Shown piece by piece: positions 1-8,308 of a stretch of 11,525 nucleotides of DNA (position 1 is its first letter; the number at the start of each line of letters is the position of its first letter). Under the pieces are notes generated by a model, which did no database searches, was not told the DNA's origin, and saw only the letters and a list, made by a program, of their open reading frames with translations. Source of the DNA: an uncultured bacterium (GTDB taxonomy: Bacteria > Hydrogenedentota > Hydrogenedentia > Hydrogenedentales > JAEUWI01); NCBI GenBank assembly GCA_963977445.1, contig CAXBPH010000222.1, forward strand, positions 1 to 11,525. The letters are read 5' to 3'. Made by a program: the position numbers and the translations under genes.

Positions 1-32
1 GCTTCAATCCAATACGGTCGCCTTAACTACTC

Positions 33-70
33 ACGTTATTTTTGGAAGTCCCCCTGCGCGGGAATGACGT
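33..70 (-). repeat. Degenerate REP-like palindrome / hairpin downstream of the GDPD gene
   Basis: Minus strand of 44-68 reads GTCATTCCCGCGCAGGGGGACTTCC, resembling the widespread GTCATTCCCGCGCAGGCGGGAATCC REP/dRS3-like motif. ACGTTATT (33-40) can pair with AATGACGT (63-70) with one G-U. Lies 15 bp past the GDPD stop. Confidence 0.45.
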
Positions 71-85
71 TGTGGGCGTAAGCCA

Positions 86-970
86 TCATGGCTTCGCAAG
101 TTCCTTGGCAAGGAGCGATGGAACGTCACTCAGGATGCTGTCTACCCCGAGGGCCACGTAGTGGGCTATCTCCTCCGGTGTATTCAGCGTATGGACCTGG
201 ACCAACACCCCTTTTTCCTTCACCCGGCCAATCTCTCCGGCCGTGAGCGCAAACTGCACGGCATAGCGCTTGGGAATGGACAACATCTTGTCCGTGGGCG
301 TGTAGGTATCGAGATTCCCCAGACGCAGGGCCGTAAGCAGCGCCAATGCGCCGGGCATGTCGTAACACGTAGCGACGTCGGGCAGGGCCGTGCGAAAGGC
401 CGCCATGAGTTCCGGCTTGAAGGAGGCGATAAGCAGACGTTCCGCCGCCCCGTGCTTTTGGATGATGGGCACCACCTTCTCCACCAGCCCTTCGCCGTCT
501 TTCAGCTCAAAGAGAATGCGATTGGACGTGGCCACCGCAAGCACTTCGTCGAAGGTAGGGATGGTCACCCCCTTCCCCCGATAGGGAAAGGTCGCGCCAT
601 TGTCCGTCGTAAAATGATATCCGGCATCGAGTTGTTTCAATGCCGCCAGCGTAAATCCGTTTACGGGACCCTTCCCATTCGTGGTGCGGTCCACCGTGCT
701 GTCGTGGAGCACAATCACCTCGCCATCCTGGGTAAGCTGCAGGTCCCCTTCCAGGAGAATAGAAGGAAACGCCTTGGCGGCCTCGGAGAACGCCAGTACC
801 GTATTCTCCGGCCATTCATCACCGCCGCCTCGATGGGCCCCCAGAAGTAGGGGCTGGGACCAGGGACCCGCCTCGCTGGCCGTTTTAGATAGCTCTGCCC
901 CGTAGGCGAGCCCCGACAGCGTTAGAGAAACTACCATCGCCCATACCCCGACACGTTGATGTACTTTCAC
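86..970 (-). CDS. Glycerophosphodiester phosphodiesterase (GDPD family), probably secreted
   Basis: Motifs GAHRGG..WPENT, EGDLQLTQDGEVIVLHD.TVDRTTNG, FELK and LGVDSILSD. GTG start at 970 is preceded by AGAGGA. Hydrophobic N-terminus ending AYG/A looks like a signal peptide. Confidence 0.93.
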   Translation of the reverse strand: MKVHQRVGVWAMVVSLTLSGLAYGAELSKTASEAGPWSQPLLLGAHRGGGDEWPENTVLAFSEAAKAFPSILLEGDLQLTQDGEVIVLHDSTVDRTTNGKGPVNGFTLAALKQLDAGYHFTTDNGATFPYRGKGVTIPTFDEVLAVATSNRILFELKDGEGLVEKVVPIIQKHGAAERLLIASFKPELMAAFRTALPDVATCYDMPGALALLTALRLGNLDTYTPTDKMLSIPKRYAVQFALTAGEIGRVKEKGVLVQVHTLNTPEEIAHYVALGVDSILSDVPSLLAKELAKP

Positions 971-1018
971 AATACTTCCTCTCGTTCCGTTGCAACGCAC
1001 TGCTCATTGACCGAAACC

Positions 1019-1047
1019 AGTATACGCGAGTCCATGGCCTGTTCCCA
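1019..1047 (-). promoter_or_regulatory. Putative sigma70 promoter for the GDPD gene
   Basis: Minus strand TGGGAA-17 nt-TATACT, about 50 bp upstream of the GTG start. Confidence 0.35.
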
Positions 1048-1078
1048 GACCGTGGGATTCGGCCCACTGTAGACCGCC

Positions 1079-1107
1079 TTGCACCGCTGTGTAGGGCATG
1101 AAATAAT
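1079..1107 (+). promoter_or_regulatory. Putative sigma70 promoter for the SDR gene
   Basis: TTGCAC (1079-1084), 17 nt spacer, AATAAT (1102-1107), with TG in the extended -10 position. Confidence 0.4.
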
Positions 1108-1154
1108 ACGGCCCCATTTTATTGTCCGGATACGTATTCATCGAAAGGTACCCC

Positions 1155-1985
1155 ATGTCGAATTTACTGCAGGATCAGGTCGCTATTATCACGGGAGCCG
1201 GCCGCGGCATTGGTGCCGCAGCCGCCCACCTCTTTGCGGCGCAGGGTGCGCGGGTCGTCGTCAGTGATCGTGATGCAGAACCCACCGCTGCGGTTGTTGA
1301 ATCCATCACGGCGGCCGGTGGCAGGGCACTGGGTATCCCCGGCGATGTGACGGACCCCGATTTTCCAGCAGCACTGATGGCCAAGACCCACGAGGCCTTT
1401 GGGGCCGTCCATATTCTGGTGAACAACGCCGGGTACACCTGGGATGGCATGCTCCACAAGATGTCGGACAAACAATGGGAGGCCATGCTTACGGTTCACA
1501 ACACGGCCCCCTTTCGCCTTGTCCGAGCGGCGGCACCCTATATGCGCGATGCCGCCCGGGAAGAACAGGCTGCGGGCGCGCCCCTAGCACCTCGGTGTAT
1601 CATCAACGTCTCCTCCACCTCAGGATTGCACGGCAATATCGGCCAGCTGAACTATGCCACCGCCAAAATGGGTATGGTGGGCTTCACGAAGACCGTGGCC
1701 AAGGAATGGGGTGCCTTCGGCATCCGCTGCAACGCCGTCGCCTTCGGCTACATCGAAACCCGCCTCACCCAGGCCAAGGAATCGGGTGAAACCATCGCGG
1801 TCGATGGCGAAGAGATCCCCTTGGGCGTCCCCAGTCACCTCCACGAAATGGTGAAGATGCTCATTCCCCTCGGCCGCACGGGCACGGTAGAAGAAGCGGC
1901 CGGTGCCATCCTCTTACTGGCATCCCCCTTCGCCGGCTACATAAACGGCCATACCCTCGAAGTTACCGGCGGCATGGGTATTTAA
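1155..1985 (+). CDS. Classical SDR oxidoreductase, 3-oxoacyl-ACP reductase (FabG)-like
   Basis: TGAGRGIG Rossmann motif, NNAG, catalytic Ser (NVSS) and YATAK (YxxxK), C-terminal GYINGHTLEVTGG. ATG at 1155 is preceded by GAAAGG. Confidence 0.93.
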   Translation: MSNLLQDQVAIITGAGRGIGAAAAHLFAAQGARVVVSDRDAEPTAAVVESITAAGGRALGIPGDVTDPDFPAALMAKTHEAFGAVHILVNNAGYTWDGMLHKMSDKQWEAMLTVHNTAPFRLVRAAAPYMRDAAREEQAAGAPLAPRCIINVSSTSGLHGNIGQLNYATAKMGMVGFTKTVAKEWGAFGIRCNAVAFGYIETRLTQAKESGETIAVDGEEIPLGVPSHLHEMVKMLIPLGRTGTVEEAAGAILLLASPFAGYINGHTLEVTGGMGI

Positions 1986-2024
1986 TAAAAAGCCCCGAAT
2001 CGCACCAACAGGGCGATTCGGGGC
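1985..2024 (-). terminator. Rho-independent terminator between the convergent SDR and heme-protein genes
   Basis: Perfect 12-bp stem GCCCCGAATCGC (1992-2003) / GCGATTCGGGGC (2013-2024), followed on the minus strand by TTTTTATT. Confidence 0.8.
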
Positions 2025-2053
2025 GTAGCTAACACTATTCGAAACGATAGGCC

Positions 2054-5000
2054 TTAGAGCACAGTCTTTACCGTGGTCGTGGATTCGGCATCGTCTTCTA
2101 CGGCGACCCGCAAGGTCACGGGTGCCGTCGTCTGGTCGATGAGGAACACGACCGTCGACTCACCCGCAGGAAGCGTAACTTTTGTCCGCCCTTCCAAGGT
2201 GACCGGCTCGCCATTAATCCAGCACGCAACGCCCTCGGTACCCTGGGACACGAGATAGGCCGTTCCGGCCTCCGTGGCCGTGAGGCGGAACCGGGCTGCG
2301 CTGTAGCCCTTGTTCATCCAGTAGCGGTGCTCGACCTTGGGGAACTCCCCGACCGGCAACAAGCCACCGACCGTCGTGTAAGCCGGGCCCCAGACCAGTT
2401 CTTCGTGGTCTTTGGCGACCAGTTCCGGGCCATCCTGAAAGAGGCGCTGCATGATAATGGGGCTGCTCTGAAGCACTTCCCAGCTGCGAACCACTTTCTC
2501 GGTGCCAACGGACCACTCGGGAACACGCCCAAGGCTGGACAGGAAGCTGACCACGTCGGCCACTTCGCCATCGAGCAAGCCGTCAACCAGCCCACCGGGC
2601 ATGAGGGACTGACCGTCTTCCTGCTTGTCAATCTGGTCGAGGAAGATGGTGTGCTCGCCGTTTACATCCCGGAGGAGCATGGTCGTATCATTCTCCTGGA
2701 CTTTAATGCCGCTATAGGTCTGCAAGTCGGCGGTCTCGACGACAATCGAGTGATACCCTTCTTTGATCATCTTGTTGGGCAACACAATCGACTCCACGAG
2801 GTAGTCTATCTGCGCGCTGCCACCGATACTCGACAAATCAGGTCCGAGTATTCCCCCGGCACCGCCAATGGCGTGACACTGGGCGCAGGCGAGGGCACGG
2901 TAGTGGTTTTCACCCCGAGCCGGATCGCCGTTGGCCTTCGCGGATTCCACGAGGGCGGCCATGGTCTCGGCATTCCAGAGTGCTTCCTGGTCGAGGAGGC
3001 CCCCTGCGGTGCGCACTGCGGCCAGCGCAACATCCACCTGGCGACCGGAACTCGTAAGCACGCGCTCGGCCTGTCGGGCCACACCACGACTCAAGGTCTG
3101 CCCTTCGAGACTCTTTGCCAGTTCTGTCAAGGAGGCTTCCTGGCGCACGAAGGCGTCGAGAAGGCCCTTAACTTCACTTTCACTCTCGCTGCTCTGCATG
3201 AGGGGTACTGCTGCCTGGGCGGCTTCGGCCGGAGCCAGACCGACGAGGGCACCCACGGCGTGGGCCCGCGTATTGCGGTCCGGGTGACTCTTGGTCAGCT
3301 CGATAAGTAGATTCTTGCTCTCTTCACCACCAAGGCTTTTGAGGGCGTCGATGCTCAGGTTGCGCACATGGGGTGAGGAATCACCCTTCTGCAGGAAGGC
3401 CGTCAAGCTGGGACGTACCGCTTCAATCTTCCACGCACCCGCTGCTTCCAAGGCCTGGAACTGAATCTCACCGGTCTTGTTTGCCGCTAAGGCCGCAACC
3501 CGCTCAAGACCGCTGCCCGGCTGCATGTTGCGCTGACGGGTGCCGTCAAGCAGCGCACGCCAAAGCGGAATGGCCGCGCCATCGTCTTTTTCGAAGCGCG
3601 CACACAATTGCTCGACAATAGTGCCCACCTGCCCTGGATTTCCCTGGGCGGCAATGAGGCCAATGGCCTTCAGCGCCTGGTTGTCGTCGAAACGTTTCTG
3701 GGCCATGGCGTGAACCAGCGGCGGCACAATCTCGGCACCACCAACCGCGTCGAGGGCAAAAAGAAGACGTTCTGGATTCTCCGTGAAAGCCCCGTTGTCT
3801 TTTTGCACTTCCGGCAACCAATCGGCTTTACGCTCGCGAAGGGTCAGCAGCAGCGCGTAGTCGAGAAACTCGTCCCGCTCCGTGCCGTAGGTGCTCATGG
3901 CCGCGAGGATCGATTCGTTGCCCGGCACATGGGTCAGGAGGCGGACGGCTTCGAGTTGCACCCGGGTGTTTTCGTCTTTGACGAAGCTACGGGCAAGTTT
4001 CTGCCATTCTTCGGCGGGAGCCAGGCGGGTCAGCCAGTGGCTCATCACGCGAACGGCCGCCGCACGAATGTGGTAGTCGCTGGCACCGAGGGCTTCTTTC
4101 AATACTTCGGAATTCACCACATCGAGGGTCTGCCAAGTCCAGAGCGCTTCGAGCACCTGCCGTTCACGTTCGGCACCCGTTGCGTTGGACTCCGCCAACC
4201 AGGTTGTCAGGGAGGCGATGACTTCTTTCCGGGGCTTGTGCTTTAAGGTCTGGCGGGCCTGAATGCGGGTCCACTCTTCTTCGGCTGTCATGAGCGAAAG
4301 CAATCCATCTGTGGAGGCGCTCGTTATCTGGGGACGCTGTACGAGGGGACGGTCCTTGGCGGTGACACGCCAGATCCGCCCATGTTCGTGGTCACGACGG
4401 GGATCGCGGAAATCGACTTCGCCGTGCTGGATGATGGGGTTGTACCAGTCAGCAATATAGATGGCACCGTCGGGTCCCATTTTCACATCCACCGGGCGAA
4501 ACCACACGCTGTGGGTTTTGATGAGCTCGGTCTGCTCTTCCGAGGTATAGCCCGTTCCACTGTCATTCACGACAAAACGGCAGACACGGTGTCCACGGAA
4601 ATCGTTGGTGATGTGGTTGCCCCGCCAATCTTCCGGCAGGTGACGTCCATTGATAATCTCGAGGCCGCAATGTTTCGGGCTGCCCGGATTGAATCCATGG
4701 AGGATGGGGGTAATACCCGAGTGCAGGAAGGTGGCACCGGGGTAGGTATAGTTAATGCCTTCATGGTAGGCACCGTCGGTCGCAAAGGACTGGCCCCACT
4801 GATCCTGGTGATGGCCCCAGGGGTTTACAAAGCCCCGGGAGAAAACCTCCAGCTGGAGGGTCTGGGGATTAAACTGCCAAATACCGCCGCCACCATGACG
4901 ACGCACACCGAAGGGCGTCTCAATATGACTGTGGATATAGATGGACTGGTTGATATACATGAAACCATCGGGACCCCAGCGGAGACCGTGAATGGTCTGG

Positions 5001-5542
5001 TGGGTATCTTCCGTGCCGAAGCCGGAAAGAATCACCCGTGTTTTGTCGGCCTTGCCGTCGCCATCGGTATCGCTCAGGTGGAGGATCTCGGTGCTGTTAC
5101 ACACATAGACCCCGCCATCACCGGGCAACACGCTCGTGGGGATGAACAGCCCTTCGGCAAACACCGTGGAGGCATCGGCAACGCCATCACCATCCACATC
5201 TTCAAGAACCGAGATACTGTCGGCCAGTTGCTGGCCCGGGGCGATGTGGGGATAGAGGGTACTGCCCGCGACCCAGAGTCGCCCGTCGGCATCCCAGCTT
5301 ATGCCAATCGGATTGGCCACCATGGGTTCCGAGGCAAAAAGATTGACCTCAAAGCCGTCGGCAACCTGAAAGGCGGCCAACTCCGCCGCCACATCGGGCT
5401 TGGGAATTTCGTGAAGCTCGCTCTGGTTTTGTGCGACACCCCAGGGGGCGAGGGCACCCACCAGCAACGCGGCACTTGCCAAAGCATGCTGGGGTTGGGG
5501 CCGACCGGGAAAACGTAGTGTTCTTTTGAAAAATTGATTCAT
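2054..5542 (-). CDS. PVC-type heme-binding CxxCH protein (putative membrane-bound dehydrogenase-like beta-propeller + HEAT-like repeats + cytochrome c domain)
   Basis: Signal-like N-terminus; FEVNLFASEP..ANPIGISWDADGRLWV, GLRWGPDG and FRPVDVKMGPDGAIYIADWYN..GRIWRV are typical of the TIGR02604-type domain; helical repeats (DYHIRAAAVR, ENTRVQLEAVR); GDPARG..CAQCH (2873-2887)..GPDLS..SLMP typical of the TIGR02603-type domain. Confidence 0.9.
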   Translation of the reverse strand: MNQFFKRTLRFPGRPQPQHALASAALLVGALAPWGVAQNQSELHEIPKPDVAAELAAFQVADGFEVNLFASEPMVANPIGISWDADGRLWVAGSTLYPHIAPGQQLADSISVLEDVDGDGVADASTVFAEGLFIPTSVLPGDGGVYVCNSTEILHLSDTDGDGKADKTRVILSGFGTEDTHQTIHGLRWGPDGFMYINQSIYIHSHIETPFGVRRHGGGGIWQFNPQTLQLEVFSRGFVNPWGHHQDQWGQSFATDGAYHEGINYTYPGATFLHSGITPILHGFNPGSPKHCGLEIINGRHLPEDWRGNHITNDFRGHRVCRFVVNDSGTGYTSEEQTELIKTHSVWFRPVDVKMGPDGAIYIADWYNPIIQHGEVDFRDPRRDHEHGRIWRVTAKDRPLVQRPQITSASTDGLLSLMTAEEEWTRIQARQTLKHKPRKEVIASLTTWLAESNATGAERERQVLEALWTWQTLDVVNSEVLKEALGASDYHIRAAAVRVMSHWLTRLAPAEEWQKLARSFVKDENTRVQLEAVRLLTHVPGNESILAAMSTYGTERDEFLDYALLLTLRERKADWLPEVQKDNGAFTENPERLLFALDAVGGAEIVPPLVHAMAQKRFDDNQALKAIGLIAAQGNPGQVGTIVEQLCARFEKDDGAAIPLWRALLDGTRQRNMQPGSGLERVAALAANKTGEIQFQALEAAGAWKIEAVRPSLTAFLQKGDSSPHVRNLSIDALKSLGGEESKNLLIELTKSHPDRNTRAHAVGALVGLAPAEAAQAAVPLMQSSESESEVKGLLDAFVRQEASLTELAKSLEGQTLSRGVARQAERVLTSSGRQVDVALAAVRTAGGLLDQEALWNAETMAALVESAKANGDPARGENHYRALACAQCHAIGGAGGILGPDLSSIGGSAQIDYLVESIVLPNKMIKEGYHSIVVETADLQTYSGIKVQENDTTMLLRDVNGEHTIFLDQIDKQEDGQSLMPGGLVDGLLDGEVADVVSFLSSLGRVPEWSVGTEKVVRSWEVLQSSPIIMQRLFQDGPELVAKDHEELVWGPAYTTVGGLLPVGEFPKVEHRYWMNKGYSAARFRLTATEAGTAYLVSQGTEGVACWINGEPVTLEGRTKVTLPAGESTVVFLIDQTTAPVTLRVAVEDDAESTTTVKTVL

Positions 5543-5560
5543 GGCTGTGGTACTCCCGGC

Positions 5561-6736
5561 CTATTGGTCCGCGTCAACGCGGTTCATGGTGTAGTTGGCG
5601 AGCTTCGGTTGGCTGAGGGCGGCGATCTTCACTTCTTCCGCCTCTACCAGGGGGACATACATGGGAATCTCCGCCGCGTATTGGCCCTGCTCGTGTTTCC
5701 GGAATCCCAGAATATACGTGTGATTCTGGGGACGCCATTCATTAAAGAAGAGTCGGTTCTTTTCGATCACCGCGGCGCGGAGCGCTTCAAACTGATCAAT
5801 CTCGCTGAGACCGGGAAGGTCTATCCCTTTTCCCCAGGCCACCGAATCGGCTTCCGCCACGACCTTGTCCTCCAACATGAGCTGATAGTTCCCCTCCATA
5901 CCCGCTACATAGCGAAGGCGATGAAGGACCTCCTCATTCGCTGCCGCCTCGGGCGCATCTTCGGGCAGGGGCGCCGTGAAGAAAACCTCGGGAGCCATGG
6001 TGAAATTGCGCAAGCCGTGGGCCATGAAACGGGGTGCTTCATACCCCAGCCCCACCAACGTCGCCTGGGCGAAAATCCAGTGACCATAATTGGTAAAGTG
6101 AATGTTGTTATCCGTGAGGGAGGCCACCGGCCGGGTGTAGCGGATGCTATCCTGGATATCGATAAACCAACCGCCCCGCGCCTTGGCGAGTTCCCGGATG
6201 GCATTATCGTATAGAGCCACGTTCTCGTTCTGTGCCCCGGAATCCGGCAACGGATGGCCATGATTCTCAAGCAGGGGCAGGCCCCAGAAAACGAGGACCG
6301 CCTTGGTATCGGCAAGGGCATCAAGGAGGGTGTTGTAGCCCGCCAGGAACTCGGCGAGTCCCGCTTCACCGCCATAGGCCTCATTCTGGCCAAAGTTGAG
6401 CATGAGCACCGTCGGCTTCGCGTCGTGCACCTGCTTTACCATGTGCTCGAAGCCCTCTTTGGCCGTATCAAATCCCGCACGGGAATCGCCAAAGACCGTA
6501 TCGCCCGCCCAGGAAAGGTTGCGAAACGTCAAATTCTTATCTGCAAAACGCGCCGTAAGGAGGGTTTCCAGATAACCCTCCGTCTGTTCCCGCTCCAGAT
6601 TCGTCGCGCCCAATAATACAACGCGATCATTCGCCTCAAAGGCAAACGGCGGCTCCGCAGCCGCACGCTGACCCACGGCCAGCGCACCCAGCAGCGCCAT
6701 ACACGCCACAGTTACCCGAAATCCCTGAAAATGCAT
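5561..6736 (-). CDS. SGNH/GDSL hydrolase-fold protein, secreted, with a non-canonical block I
   Basis: DRVVLLGATNLE (block I), FRNLSWAGDTV (block II), FGQNE (block III), TDNNIHFT (block V). Signal peptide ends AAA/E. Stop is 18 bp from the next start. Confidence 0.85.
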   Translation of the reverse strand: MHFQGFRVTVACMALLGALAVGQRAAAEPPFAFEANDRVVLLGATNLEREQTEGYLETLLTARFADKNLTFRNLSWAGDTVFGDSRAGFDTAKEGFEHMVKQVHDAKPTVLMLNFGQNEAYGGEAGLAEFLAGYNTLLDALADTKAVLVFWGLPLLENHGHPLPDSGAQNENVALYDNAIRELAKARGGWFIDIQDSIRYTRPVASLTDNNIHFTNYGHWIFAQATLVGLGYEAPRFMAHGLRNFTMAPEVFFTAPLPEDAPEAAANEEVLHRLRYVAGMEGNYQLMLEDKVVAEADSVAWGKGIDLPGLSEIDQFEALRAAVIEKNRLFFNEWRPQNHTYILGFRKHEQGQYAAEIPMYVPLVEAEEVKIAALSQPKLANYTMNRVDADQ

Positions 6737-6867
6737 GTTGGGATACCCTTCTCTACTTTGTCGTTGGAAATAAAAAGACTACTACACGCCCAACGCAGCC
6801 TGGTCGGTCTCGGCCCCACCGTCGCAGAAACGGCAGCGTCCGATAATGGCGTGCAATCAAGCCTGTC

Positions 6868-6897
6868 GTTATAGAGGCAGCGAGGTGCAAATTGCAA
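6868..6897 (-). promoter_or_regulatory. Putative sigma70 promoter for the SGNH / heme-protein operon
   Basis: Minus strand TTGCAA-18 nt-TATAAC, about 130 bp upstream of ATG 6736. Confidence 0.45.
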
Positions 6898-7223
6898 ATC
6901 GAACGCTGACACAACAGCGGCACAGGAAGGCCCAATTGGGGCTGTGCACGATCGGTAAACGACGTTCCCGGTCCGCCGCCGACGCCCCAACAAGAAGCAA
7001 TCCCCCCGAAGAGACACCGTCATTCGGGGACAACAATTCGGGGACTGCCTCGCCGGGAGACGAGCCGATGCACAGACAACGCGACGTCACCAGGCAGACG
7101 GCAGACAGCAAAGAAACCGACAACCGGCGTGGCTGTCCCGTAGTCAGCGAAAATAACGTCGGCCTTCCCCCGCGCCAAGTGCTAAGGCTGAGACTCCATA
7201 CGCAATCGCACCACGCCTCTGCA

Positions 7224-7329
7224 CCCCAACAAAACACCATCGCCCCGAAGGGGCAACGCAGCATAGCCCAGGGCAACGCCCTGGGTATCCGGACACAACC
7301 CCGAATGGCGCCCTGAAAGGGCATCGCAG
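7224..7329 (+). repeat. 106-bp REP-like multi-hairpin repeat, copy 1
   Basis: Contains hairpins GCCCCGAAGGGGC, CCCAGGGCAACGCCCTGGG and GCCCTGAAAGGGC. 7224-7290 is identical to 7545-7611 and 7309-7329 is identical to 7630-7650. Confidence 0.9.
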
Positions 7330-7407
7330 TTCAAGGACCTTCCGTCGTCGGTGCAAACGCTGAAGCGACGTACGCAATCATACGTCGGGCAACAATGTTG
7401 CACCGAT

Positions 7408-7430
7408 GCAGGCGAGCCGCCTGCGCTCCC
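7408..7430 (-). repeat. REP-like palindrome GGGAGCGCAGGCGGCTCGCCTGC
   Basis: GCAGGCG-AGC-CGCCTGC perfect 7-bp stem with a GCTCCC tail, a typical REP architecture, but a different family from the flanking repeats. Confidence 0.6.
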
Positions 7431-7544
7431 AATGGTCCAATCGTACTGTGTTGGCTCTCCGAAGATCGCCCCAAAAGGGCAACGCCATTCGAGGACCAGC
7501 AAAAACGACCTCGGACTCCCCCAGCGTCTCAACCCCGACACGCG

Positions 7545-7650
7545 CCCCAACAAAACACCATCGCCCCGAAGGGGCAACGCAGCATAGCCCAGGGCAACGC
7601 CCTGGGTATCCCGACACCCCTCTATCCTTCGCCCTGAAAGGGCATCGCAG
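7545..7650 (+). repeat. 106-bp REP-like multi-hairpin repeat, copy 2
   Basis: Direct repeat of 7224-7329 at offset 321, differing only within an equal-length 18-nt linker (7612-7629 vs 7291-7308). Confidence 0.9.
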
Positions 7651-7700
7651 CCATCTATTCGCTTAAAATCGCAACACGCCCCCCCCCCAAGAAGCACCCC

Positions 7701-8114
7701 CTACAGAAACCCCACCTCCAGAGTCTTACCAAATGCACGGCTAATCTTCTCCAACGTCTTCACCGTAGGATTGCACTTCCGGGGATTTTCCAACTTCTGA
7801 TAGGCCTGGTAGGAAATACCGATACGCTTGGCGATAGCCGCCTGGGTCTGGCCCTCACGCAACGCCCGGAGCTGGTAGGCCAGTGCGATATTGGAGTCCA
7901 CACGGACCGGAACGGCATCCCGCCCCCGCTTCGGGCTCGGCGCAGGCAGGACGTAGCCCCGCTCGAAGTCCACGGAAAGCACCCCATTCAGGGCGTCATG
8001 GGCGTTCCGAAGGGCTTCCTCCCTCGTTTCGCCATAGGTGTTTACATGTTCGAAATCGGGGAAGCTGACCAGATACACCCCGTCTTCCTGTCTGATTCGC
8101 GCGATGTATTCCAT
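7701..8114 (-). CDS. hicB: HicB family antitoxin with C-terminal XRE-type HTH (137 aa)
   Basis: MEYIARIRQEDGVYLVSFPDFEHVNTYGETREEALRNAHDAL is the HicB N-domain; TQAAIAKRIGISYQAYQKLEN..NPTVKTLEKI is an HTH. ATG 8114 has a GGAG RBS and lies 4 bp after the hicA stop. Confidence 0.93.
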   Translation of the reverse strand: MEYIARIRQEDGVYLVSFPDFEHVNTYGETREEALRNAHDALNGVLSVDFERGYVLPAPSPKRGRDAVPVRVDSNIALAYQLRALREGQTQAAIAKRIGISYQAYQKLENPRKCNPTVKTLEKISRAFGKTLEVGFL

Positions 8115-8118
8115 ACCA

Positions 8119-8303
8119 TCAAAGCTCCAAATCTGTCTGGCGAAATATAGCCGCAAGGAGGCCTTTGGGAAGGTCCTTGGTGCCATGAACAGGAACCGGC
8201 ACCGGCCGAAATCCCGGTTTCACCATGATGTGGTGACTCCCCGAGATCCGCTCCTCGATCCAGCCCCATTCTTCCAGCGCTTCACCAATTCTCTACCGCT
8301 CAT
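8119..8303 (-). pseudogene. hicA: HicA family toxin, frameshifted (1 bp missing near codon 8-9)
   Basis: ATG 8303 (RBS GGAAGG) gives MSGRELVK; another frame continues ALEEWGWIEERISGSHHIMVKPGFRPVPVPVHGTKDLPKGLLAAIFRQTDLEL* with the HicA GSH and VPVH motifs. The span is 185 nt, one short of 62 codons. Confidence 0.88.
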
Positions 8304-8308
8304 TCTTG

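Noticed and set aside
971..1154. Upstream starts for GDPD (1000) and SDR (1122)
   Set aside because: Better RBS-linked starts exist at GTG 970 and ATG 1155; the extensions lack family similarity.
2327..6616. Long plus-strand ORFs (2327-3310, 3608-4246, 4382-5518, 5534-6214, 6254-6616)
   Set aside because: Antisense shadows of well-supported GC-rich genes, with no recognisable motifs.
7224..7650. CRISPR array
   Set aside because: Only two full copies, a 106-bp unit with a 215-bp gap, irregular spacing of the degenerate copies and no cas genes.
6712..7697. ORFs 6846-7316, 6869-7324, 7182-7697 and neighbours
   Set aside because: They are translations of palindromic repeats (e.g. TQGVALGYAALPLRG occurs twice), with no domain signature.
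8115..8186. N-terminal extension of HicB (161-aa call)
   Set aside because: It overlaps the 3' part of hicA; HicB similarity and an RBS begin at ATG 8114.
8270..8290. Programmed -1 ribosomal frameshift in hicA
   Set aside because: No X XXY YYZ slippery heptamer or homopolymer at the junction (GTG AAG CGC).
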